From a virus (taxonomy: Duplodnaviria; Caudoviricetes): a stretch of 64,000 nucleotides of DNA. A program made the translations under genes and the position numbers. The stretch covers positions 1-64,000 of IMG/VR virus record IMGVR_UViG_2908873634_000001. One strand, 5' to 3'. Positions within the stretch are counted from its first letter, which is position 1. Each line of letters opens with the position of its first letter. Shown here one piece after another: positions 55,765-64,000 of the stretch. The notes under the pieces were generated by a model that searched no databases, was not told the DNA's origin, and saw only the letters and a list, made by a program, of their open reading frames with translations.

Positions 55765-56499
55765 TCACACGGTCGGGTGCCTTGCCGGTAGTGGGCCTGG
55801 TGGCCTGCGGGGGTACCGCACTGGCCGGTCCAGTCGGGGCGGCCATCGGATCGTCGATGGTGTCGTCGTCCCAGGCACCGATGGTGCCCACTGCCTGTCG
55901 CGTGCGATGCGGCAGGCTGCCTCTGCTCTGTGCAGTGGAATGCCTTCGGCGACAGGGTCAAGGCGCCACAGTTCGTCGTAGAGAGCGATGACGGTACGAA
56001 CGGTGCCTGCTTCGGACAGAGGACGGACGATGGTGCGGCCGAAGTTGCTTCGGTTCATGCCCAGCCGTCGCGCGAGCTCTGACTGTGTCCATCCCTTGGC
56101 GACTAGGGCCTGGAGCCGGCGTCGGGTTCCGGTGCCGTCGATAGGGGTACGGGCGCCGAGGTTGTTGAGCGTCGGCTGAAGAGCGAGGAGTTTCACTGCG
56201 GTCGCGGGCCGTACTCGTTTGCTGGGTTCGAGGCCGCGGAGCCGGTCCCCGTACAGGAGCTTGGATACGCCTCCGGTGGAGACGCCGGCGAGTTTGGCGG
56301 CGCGCATCCATCCGATGCCGAACTCTCCGAGTGCTCGTACATGCTGGCGGACGGGTTCGGCGTCGACGAAGGGCGTCCAGCGGCCGTAGGCGATGGCCCT
56401 GTACCGGTTGTTCTCGTAGTCGCGAGCGGCTCGGCAGCATGTTTCGCATCGACACTTTTCAAGGTGGTATTTCGCGTTGCCGTGGACGCGTTCCTGCAT
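55765..56499 (-). CDS. Actinophage double-HTH DNA-binding protein
   Basis: CRCETC zinc motif; AAKLAGVSTGGVSKL; RRRLQALVAKGWTQSELARRLG; WDDDTIDDP end. Confidence 0.7.
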   Translation of the reverse strand: MQERVHGNAKYHLEKCRCETCCRAARDYENNRYRAIAYGRWTPFVDAEPVRQHVRALGEFGIGWMRAAKLAGVSTGGVSKLLYGDRLRGLEPSKRVRPATAVKLLALQPTLNNLGARTPIDGTGTRRRLQALVAKGWTQSELARRLGMNRSNFGRTIVRPLSEAGTVRTVIALYDELWRLDPVAEGIPLHRAEAACRIARDRQWAPSVPGTTTPSTIRWPPRLDRPVRYPRRPPGPLPARHPTV

Positions 56500-56531
56500 G
56501 GCGGTCTCCTTCAGGCGGGGCCGGCGGGGTG

Positions 56532-58078
56532 TCAGAACGACCAGTCGGTCGACCAGCCTCCGGTTCCACGGGGCTGCGGGACCAGCGGCGCAGGCCCTGA
56601 CGCTTGAGCTGGAGCCGGTTGGAGATCCGCTCCCAGCGGGCGCAGGCGGTTGTGCCGCAGTCGAGGCAGTACGGTTCGGCGCTCTCTCCGTCGTACTCGG
56701 GGCCCAGCCGGTGGTGGCGTGATGCTGGGCGGGCGGCACGGCGGGCACGCATCCGGGCGAGGATCTGCGCCTGCGTCGGCGGCTCGTACTGGTGGTAGCC
56801 CTTGCCCGGGCGCCAGTACTGCCAGTGCGGGTTCGAGAGGCCGCACCAGCGGCAGCCGGACGGGACCGGCGGGTGACCGTCGGGGTAGTAAATGTGGCCG
56901 CGGAGCATGCCGGTCTCGGGGTGCCGGTGGCCGTAGCCCCGAAGGTGCTTAAGCGGGTCAGGAGTGGTCACTTGCTGGCCTCCTGGCCCTCGGTGGGCCG
57001 AACGGGATGGCGCCGGTGCGCTGCTCGGCGGGGACGATGACGGCGTTGTCGGGGAGTCGGTTACGCCAGTGGGTGGGGATCTCGCCCTGGCACATGACGT
57101 TGTTGGAGGTCACCGTGCTGCCGTCGGCGAACTGGAAGGTGAAAAGCCGGCCTCCGAAGCCGAGGTACTGCGCCGGAGTGGTGTGGTCCATGGGGCGGAT
57201 GACGTAGTGCAGGCCGCGGGCGCGGGCCACACGGTCGTCCGGGCTGCCCGGGGTGCGGGAGGGCACGGTGTCACCGTTGGCGGCCCAGGTGACCTTCTCG
57301 TTCCAGAAGCGGCAGTCGAAGCAGTTGCCGGTGGTGCAGCAGGAACGGGCTGATCGGGCATGGCGGGCTCCTTGGTCGTCCTGAACAGAAGGGCGGGGCC
57401 GCGCGCCCCGGTCAGGGGTTCGGGGCGCGCGGCCGGGGTGGGCGGTCTCGACAGGCCTGCGGGGCACGAAGGGGTGTCGTGCGCCGTGGCGTGGAGTCCT
57501 GCCCGGGTGCCGACCGCCCGCGGGAGGGTGCAGACGGCCGGCGGGGCTCCCCTAGGGGTTGGGGAGCCGTCTAAGGGTCAGTACTTGGTGACGAGGGTGC
57601 GGTAGTCGCGGCCGTCGAAGCCCCACAGGCGGGCGTGGCCACCGGGCTTGAGCGCCTCGGCGTACAGCTCCCGCTTGGCGTCGTCGACCTGGTCGGCGGT
57701 AAGGTCACGGCGGATCAGGCAGGGGACGGTGTAGCCGCGTCCGTGACGCTCGATGAGGCGGACCTCGTAGCGGGGCTCCATCGGCAGGGCGTCGGGGCCG
57801 TAGATGACGTAGGCGATGAAGCCGAGGTAAAGGTCGCCGACGAGGTGGATGGCGTGGGCGAGGCGGGCGATCTCGGCGTCTTCGGCGTCGGCCTGGGCCT
57901 GGAGGACGTCGGCCTGGTTCTGGAGGTGGTGGAGGTTTCCGCGGGTGTTGTGCTCGTCCTCCCAGGAGCGGAAGAGGCCGATCTGGACCTTGCCGGTGAG
58001 GGCGGTGATCTTGCGGTGGAGGGTGGCGAGTTCGGTGTGGAGGTCGCGGTGGTTGTGGAGCCCGAGGTTGGTGATCAT
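56532..58078 (-). CDS. Three hypothetical genes (56532-56971, 56968-57361, 57578-58078)
   Basis: PSGCRWCG; LGFGGRLF...SNNVMCQGEIP; clean 166-aa ORF. Confidence 0.6.
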
Positions 58079-58106
58079 GTTCCGCCCCTTGGATTACAGT
58101 GGGTCG

Positions 58107-58158
58107 TTGTCGGCTCCACCAGACTAACCCTTACCTGTTGCGTGCGCAACAGGTAAGG
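58107..58158 (-). promoter_or_regulatory. Palindromic operator/promoter (copy 3)
   Basis: CCTTACCTGTTGCG-TG-CGCAACAGGTAAGG, perfect 14-bp arms; minus strand TTGCGC-N17-TAGTCT. Confidence 0.8.
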
Positions 58159-58216
58159 CGGATACGGTACACGAAAGGGGCCCGATCCCTCAGGACCAGG
58201 CCCCTCACCAACCCCC

Positions 58217-58741
58217 TCAGAACGGCGGCTCATCCGAGTAACCACCACCGCCACCCTGCTGCTGACCACCCGCCGAAACAGACGCCCACGGATCCTCAGC
58301 CGGCGCACCACCACCCTGCCGACCACCAGAGCCACCGCTCTGCTGGCTACCACCCTGACTTCCCTGACCGCCACGGCCCGCAGCCTTCGTGACCTTCGCC
58401 GTCGCACCCTTCAAGCTCGGGCCGACCTCCTCAACATCCAGCTCGTACACCGTGCGCTTCACCCCCTCACGGTCCTCATACGACCGCTGCCGCAGCCGGC
58501 CCTGCACGATGACCCGCATCCCCTTCTGCAGGGACTCCGCCACGTTCTCCGCCGCCTGCCGCCACACCACACACGGCAGGAACAGGCTGTCACCGTCCTT
58601 CCACTCGTTCGTCTGCTTGTCGAACGTCCGCGGCGTCGACGCGATCCGGAACTTCGCCACCGCCGCACCCTGCGCGGTGAACCGCAGCTCAGGATCGTCC
58701 ACCAGATTCCCAACCACCGTGATGGTCACTTCGCCTGCCAT
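58217..58741 (-). CDS. ssb: Single-stranded DNA-binding protein
   Basis: [22 protein letters not shown]...[12 protein letters not shown]...DEPPF. Confidence 0.95.
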   Translation of the reverse strand: MAGEVTITVVGNLVDDPELRFTAQGAAVAKFRIASTPRTFDKQTNEWKDGDSLFLPCVVWRQAAENVAESLQKGMRVIVQGRLRQRSYEDREGVKRTVYELDVEEVGPSLKGATAKVTKAAGRGGQGSQGGSQQSGGSGGRQGGGAPAEDPWASVSAGGQQQGGGGGYSDEPPF

Positions 58742-58763
58742 GCCGCACTCCTCCGTGTGTAGG

Positions 58764-59542
58764 TCAGCTCGCTTGCTTCTCAGGGAACTGGTAATCGCCG
58801 GTCACCCAGTGCTCTCGGCTCCTGCGCGACGGGCCCTGACGCGGCGCCCGCACCGGACCCCCGTACTGCCCGTACCGGCGGCCCCGGCAGATGTGCCCGA
58901 TGTCCTCCGGCGTTGTGTCGTACTCCACCGCCAGCACGTGGTCCGACGTCCCCGCCACCGACCGAGTCCGCACATCCACGACCTCGAGCTCGGTGAACTC
59001 CCGGCCGTCCGACGGCCGCGGCATCTCCGGGAACACCCGGCCCTGCTCCTCGTACTCGCGGCGCATCCGGAGCACGAACCGCTGCGTCGACCCCTTGTAG
59101 AGCCCGTGCGCTTGGTCGACCTCCGCGTACTTCACGCCGTACCCGACCGCGCGGACGATCCCGTGGAGGCGTTCCTCGTCCGTCACCGTCACCCGCCGGC
59201 CCCGCGCGTAGGCGGCCACCGCGACCTCGTCGACCTCGTCGACCATGTCCACCTCGTCGGCGATCTGCCGCAGGGTCCGCCGGTCCTCCTGGTCCGGCTC
59301 CACCGGCCGCCCGTACTCGTCGAAGTCCACCCACCCCCACAAGGCACCCAGGAACGGTCCGGATCAACCAGACCGGCCAGGACGACCGCGAGCGCCCCCG
59401 TCTGCATGAGGTCGAGCCGGCCGAGGAGCTCGGCCACGTCCTCGCGGCCACCGTCGCCCTGCACGATCGTCGCCAGCCGGGCAGCGACCGGCAGCATCTC
59501 CTCCGCGAGATCCCCGCACTCCTGCGCGCTCAACACGCTCAT
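58764..59542 (-). CDS. HTH DNA-binding hypothetical protein
   Basis: VDEVAVAAY...; C-terminal [21 protein letters not shown]. Confidence 0.6.
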
Positions 59543-60005
59543 GCCGCGACCTCCGCGTCCTGCTGCGCGTCCTCGCAGTCGAACCGCGCGAGCGCCTTAC
59601 GGACCACAGCCCGGTCGACACCGAGACGGGCCGCGATCTGCCGCAGCGGGATCCCCTTCCTGCGCCATAGGAGGATCCGGTCACGGGCCTCCACGCACCG
59701 GTCCATGCCGCCACCCGGGCCCTGCGGGACGACCCGGATCAGCGGCCACCGCTCCTCCTCCGTCATGCCGCCCAGGACACCGAACTGCTCACGGTTCTCC
59801 AGCGCCCAGTCCAGGCACTCTCGGCGGACGGGGCAGGACATGCACACCGTCTTCGCCTGCGTGGCCTGTTCCCGCGCGGCCCTGCTGATACCGACGGGGA
59901 AGAACAGCTCGGGGTCGGCGTACCGGCATTCGGCTTGCTCACCCCAGCGGGGGTCGCGCGTGGTCGTTGCGGCGGCTGTTATGGGAGGCTGATTTCGGTG
60001 GTCAT
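59539..60005 (-). CDS. whiB: WhiB-family transcription factor with C-terminal HTH
   Basis: C-RYADPELFF...C-MS-C-PVRRE-C...GVLGG; IPLRQIAARLGVDR. Confidence 0.85.
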
Positions 60006-60510
60006 CGGGGGTCTCCGAGGGTGTAGAGGCGGATGACGGCGCCGGGCTCGGTGAGAGCGTCGGGGTGCTCGTTCGGGTAGACCTTGCGGCTGTGGTTCTC
60101 GATGACGGAGCCGTCGTCCTTCCACGCTTTGGCGGAGGTGATGGCGTCGTAGGTGGACCGCTCGAGCTTGTCGATGTCGGGCTTGACGTTCGGGTAGGTG
60201 CGTCGGCGCTTGGGGGCGCTGGCGGGCTTGGGCAGGGTGAAGGTGATGTGGGCGTAGACGGGGCCGGTGAGGGGCTGGGCCTTGCCTTTGGCGATGGCTT
60301 CTTCGATGGCCTTCTGGACCTTGTCGCGCCAGGGCTTGACCTTGTCGGATGACTCCTTCATGACGGTGACGAGTCGTCCGGTTCGGCGGCTGCGTCGCTG
60401 TCCGACGGCGGTCTTGCTGCCCTGAGGCCAGGGAGTCCGTGGACGGCGACGGTGAGGCTGGGCTCGGTCTTCCAGTCGTAGGTGCCGGTGAGGACGGGGG
60501 CGGTGGTCAT
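60002..60510 (-). CDS. rusA: RusA-like Holliday junction resolvase
   Basis: PQGSK...KPWR...KPDIDKLERSTYDAIT...WKDDG. Confidence 0.85.
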
Positions 60511-60701
60511 GGGGTGGGCTGCTTCCGGTGGAAGGGGCGGCTGGTGAGGTGCCATCCGCGGCAGGTGCGGCAGCGGTAGACGCGCTTCTCCTGCCGGTGC
60601 GGGTTGTTGCTGCGTTGGATGCGGGCGAGGACGATGTCTGCTCGGATCCGGTCGTAGTAGCGGCGCTTCCCTGTGGGGCACTGGCCGCATGGGCGGGTCA
60701 T
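60507..60701 (-). CDS. Small zinc-finger protein
   Basis: CPTGKRRY...YRCRTCRGWHLTS. Confidence 0.65.
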   Translation of the reverse strand: MTRPCGQCPTGKRRYYDRIRADIVLARIQRSNNPHRQEKRVYRCRTCRGWHLTSRPFHRKQPTP

Positions 60702-61659
60702 GGGGTGGCCGGGTAGTCGTCGTGGATGCGTCCGTCGAGTTCGCGGCCGGCGGCCTTCTTGCTGACGCGCTTCATTTCGACGCGGTGGCCGAGGTCGTCG
60801 ACCGGTCGCCGACGGCGATGTTGCTCTTGGTGCGGGGCCGCCGATGACGAGATAGTCGGTGGGGATGTAGGCGCCCCACTGCTTGAACAGGTAGGGGATG
60901 CGTTCTTGGGCGCACTGGTCGCGGAGGGTGCGGAACCAGTCGGGGTGTGCGGGGCGGGCGCCGTGGCCGGACTCTCCACCTGCGACAACCCAGCGGAGGG
61001 CCTTGATGCGGCCGCTGTCGCAGTGGGTGTCGGCGCAGGGTCCGCAGGCTTCGTCGTGTCCTTCGCCGTTACAGCAGGGGCAGGGCTTCCAGGTGTAGTC
61101 GGTGATGTCGATGGGGCCGAGGAGGGGTTCGGCGCTGATCCAGCGGATGGTGGCGGGGGTGTCGAGGAGGGCGGGGATGCGGATGTCGGCCCACTGCTGG
61201 TTCTCGACGGAGACGCCGAGCCACACGTTGGGCAGGGGCCAGGTCCAGGCCTCGGTGTGAGGCCCTTGCCGATGGCGCGGGAGCGGACCTGGTCGACGAA
61301 GGCCGGGTCGGCGAGGAGGCTGCGCATGCGGGCGTGCCGCTTGGTGAGGACCTGGAAGGTGTGACGGGGGCGGCAGCCATGACGGCGAAGATGTCGGCGA
61401 TCCAGGCGCGGTCGATGCCGGCGTGGAAGAGGTCGCTCATGGAGTTGACGAACACCTTGGCGGGCTTGCGCCAGGTGAGGGGCGTTGACCTTGTCGGGTC
61501 GGACCTGGATGTCGAAGCCGTGGGGAAGGCAGCCCCGCCGCGGAAGCGTTCGGCGATGGTGCGGGCGTAGCAGTTGTCACACCCAGCAGAGATCTGGGTG
61601 CACCCCGTAACCGCATTCCACGTGCGGTCGGTCCACTCGATGTCCGTCTTGTCAGCCAC
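60698..61659 (-). CDS. DUF5131 (gp37/gp68-like) protein
   Basis: IEWTDRTWNAVTGCTQISAGCDNCYA, FVNSMSDLFH, WLGVSVENQ, SAEPLLG, WVVAGGESG, FKQWG. Confidence 0.85.
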
Positions 61660-62079
61660 GTCGAACACTCCGGAGGTTGTGGCCGCTGGCGTAGCGGCGG
61701 GGCGGTTTTCCTGGTCGTACTTGAGGAGGGTCTGTCCGCAGCCGCACGCACAGTCGATGGCTACGTTGGGTTCATCCGGGTTACGCAGATCGGTTCGCTT
61801 TCGGTGTTCCAGCGCATGGTGTGCCCGGCTGGATTTGACCGAGAGGTTTTCGGGGCGGTTGTCGGTCTTTACGTGGTTCTTGTGGTGAACCTGCTCGCCT
61901 CGAAGGATTGGTCTGCCTATCACCTGCTCGGCTACGAGGATGTGCTCGTACACGTAGCCGCGTGAGTCGGCGCGGTGGTGGTCCGGCTGCTTGACCAGTA
62001 CGTAGCCGCTGGAGGCGATAGTCCGACCGCCCTTCCATTGGTGGTTCCTGGCGCCCGGCTGCGCTCCTTTGCGGGGCAT
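61652..62079 (-). CDS. HNH endonuclease
   Basis: WKGGR...GYVYEHILV...VHHKNHVKTDNRPENL; C-terminal CACGCG. Confidence 0.8.
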
Positions 62080-62093
62080 GGCGGATCTCCTCT

Positions 62094-63862
62094 CTACTCG
62101 GGCCGGCGGGCGGGGCACCGCCGGCCCGGCAAGCTCACTGGCTGGCTCGCGGTGCGGAGGGCGTAGTTCTCGTAGGACTCGGTGTGGCCGTCCCTGACCG
62201 AGGCCGTGAAGTCGGCGGACACCGCAGCGCGGACGAGGCGGCTGGTGGGGTGTTTCGGCATCGGGATCAGCGGCCCGTGGTCGTGGTACACGGTGGGCAG
62301 CGGGATTGGCGTGGGGACTCTGCGCCAACGAGGAGGGGTTCTCCTGTGTCCGAGTAGCGGCCGTTCCAGGTCCATTCGACGCCGATGACGTCGATGAAGC
62401 CGGCGTCCAGGTCGAATTCGGTGCCGTCGTGCAGGTAGGTGTTCATGCGGGCCTGCCGGGGATCCAGCCGGGGTAGCTGGCGTCGGTGGAGACGGGGGCG
62501 GTGGGGTGGGTGACGAGCTGGATGGCCTCGGCGTTGGCGACGTACTCGGCTTCGTCCCAGTCCTTTGCGGCGGTGTGGCGGGCGCGGAGTTCAAGGAGGA
62601 CGGCTTCGGCGGCGACCTGCTCGGGCGGGATGTCGAGGAGTTCGATGCCGGTGGCGTTCATGCGGCACGCCCCAGGTGCTCGGTGTGGGCGATGTCGGCC
62701 TGGAGGTCGTTGATGTCGGCGGTTTCGCGGCGGATCTCCAGGACGCGGGCGTAGTAGCCGGCGGCGTACATGGGGTTGTGGTGTTCAGCGTTGTAGGCGG
62801 CGCGGGTGTTGAGGGTGTCGAGGGGGTGCCGGTCTGGTGGTCGTCGTAGGCGTCGGCGCGGCCGGCGTAGAAGTTGGGGTCCTGGTTGCCGGTGATGGCG
62901 GTGGTGAGGGTCATGAGGCTCATGGCGTGTGCTCCTTCGCGGGTCAGGCGGCGCGCTGGCGGGGAAACGGGACACAGCGGTGGGGCTGGTGGTGCGCTGG
63001 GTGGGGACGCCGGTGGTGCGGGCCGTGTTGGCGGCTGCGGTGCGGAGGCGGTCGGTGATCTCGTCGCGGGTGGGCGGCGTCTTGCGGCCGATGGGCGGGG
63101 TGGCCGTCCAGTTGGAGATGTGCTCGATGTAGTCGGGGATCTCGACGCCGTCGTCGGTGAGGGTGGTGCAGGGCTCGGTGTCGAGGACGGCGGAGATGGC
63201 GTGGAGGAGCTGCATGGTGGGGGCGCTGTTCTCGATGAGGCGGAGGGAGGCGGCCTCGTCGTCGAAGAACGCGCGGGGCGGGGTGCAGCGTTCGGCGGTG
63301 ATGTAGGCGAGGGCGGCAATGTCGATGTCGCCGGTGTCGTGGCCGATGAGCTGCTCGCCGGTGTGGAGGCCGTGCGCGGTGATGTAGGTGGCCATGGCGG
63401 TGAGGTCGGCGGTGAGTGTGGGCATGGGTGTCTCCCGGCGGGTGTGGCGGGTGTTGGTGCGGGTCTTGTCGGCCCGGCCGCAGGGACGGAGGGGTGTCGA
63501 CCTGGGGCCGGGCCGTGCTGTGGGGTGCCTAGTCCTCGACGGGGTGGGGTGGTCGTCGGCGCAGTCCGTGCACTGGAGGCGGGGAGGTTGTAGGTGCTGG
63601 TCTCGACGACGATGAGGCCGGGGGGTGTGGGTGTCGAAGATGGCGGTGCAGTAGCAGTGCGGGCAGGCGCACTTGGTGATTCGCCGCTGGCCGGAGGGGA
63701 TGCCGGCGGCGAGGCGGCGGCGGCCATGAGGAAGGCGTATGGTGGCGTCGCGGGTGTTGTCGGCCTGCTCCATGAAGGAGTCGAAGTGGGCCTGGTGGGT
63801 GGGGCCGAGCTTGTTGTAGTCGGCGAGTGCGGGGTGTTGCGGGCAGGGCTGTACACGCTCAT
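62094..63862 (-). CDS. Five small early genes (62094-62446, 62443-62661, 62658-62923, 62944-63425, 63529-63862)
   Basis: Coupled ORFs behind operator copy 4; VYHDHGPLIP and FYAGRADAYDD motifs. Confidence 0.6.
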
Positions 63863-63915
63863 GGCGGTGCTCCTGGATTGGTAACTCGACGCTTGCCCGG
63901 TGTTGGGCTGGCGCC

Positions 63916-63966
63916 TTGTCGGCTCCTCCAGATTAGGACTTACCTGTTGCGTGCGCAACAGGTAAG
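63916..63966 (-). promoter_or_regulatory. Palindromic operator/promoter (copy 4)
   Basis: CTTACCTGTTGCG-TG-CGCAACAGGTAAG; minus strand TTGCGC-N17-TAATCT; shares leader TTGTCGGCTCCwCCAGA with copy 3. Confidence 0.8.
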
Positions 63967-64000
63967 CGGGATTGAGTACAGAAAGCCCCGCCTCCGCAGA

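Noticed and set aside
22430-63966. Long palindromes as att sites, transposon ends or terminators
   Set aside because: No recombinase or transposase adjacent and no U-tract; each overlaps a correctly spaced promoter upstream of an operon.
1-64000. Pervasive frameshifts suggesting a decayed prophage or widespread recoding
   Set aside because: Breaks are mostly single missing bases in G/C runs, evenly spread over all genes, with catalytic motifs intact and no obvious accumulation of in-frame stops. This is typical of uncorrected long-read error.
1-64000. tRNA, rRNA, integrase, lysis genes, reverse transcriptase/DGR
   Set aside because: None recognisable by eye in this window; the tail/decoration domain duplication shows general divergence, not adenine-specific variation.

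Overview
High-GC actinobacterial (Streptomyces-like) window, entirely inside one large temperate phage or phage-plasmid. No integrase, att site or host housekeeping gene is visible. Layout: (1) 1-16.6 kb, minus-strand siphovirus morphogenesis cluster: portal, scaffold, decoration protein, major capsid, neck genes, major tail, tail assembly chaperone with a GGGAAAA -1 frameshift, tape measure, start of a distal tail gene. (2) 17.1-19.2 kb, a type III polyketide synthase directly behind an XRE/MmyB-like ligand-binding regulator. (3) 19.8-32.2 kb, small accessory genes, a RelE-like TA pair, an HTH replication initiator with internal iteron-like repeats, and AlpA-like and XRE-TPR regulators. (4) 32.4-45.2 kb, a plus-strand block with a Streptomyces TraB (FtsK/SpoIIIE) conjugation module, a clt-like repeat array and the terminase genes, which lie about 27 kb from the portal on the opposite strand. 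(5) 45.4-64 kb, minus-strand early/replication genes (SSB, WhiB, RusA, DUF5131-like, HNH, HTH proteins). Two cis-element families are readable directly: a 4-copy palindromic operator overlapping TTGCGY-N17-TAnnnT promoters, and a 3-4-copy late promoter GGGGATC-N30-AAGGCGCGGGGCCT. Nearly every long gene has single-base frameshifts in G/C runs, most likely long-read errors. Gene ends are therefore reconstructed by eye and approximate, and family names come from motif recognition, not database searches.
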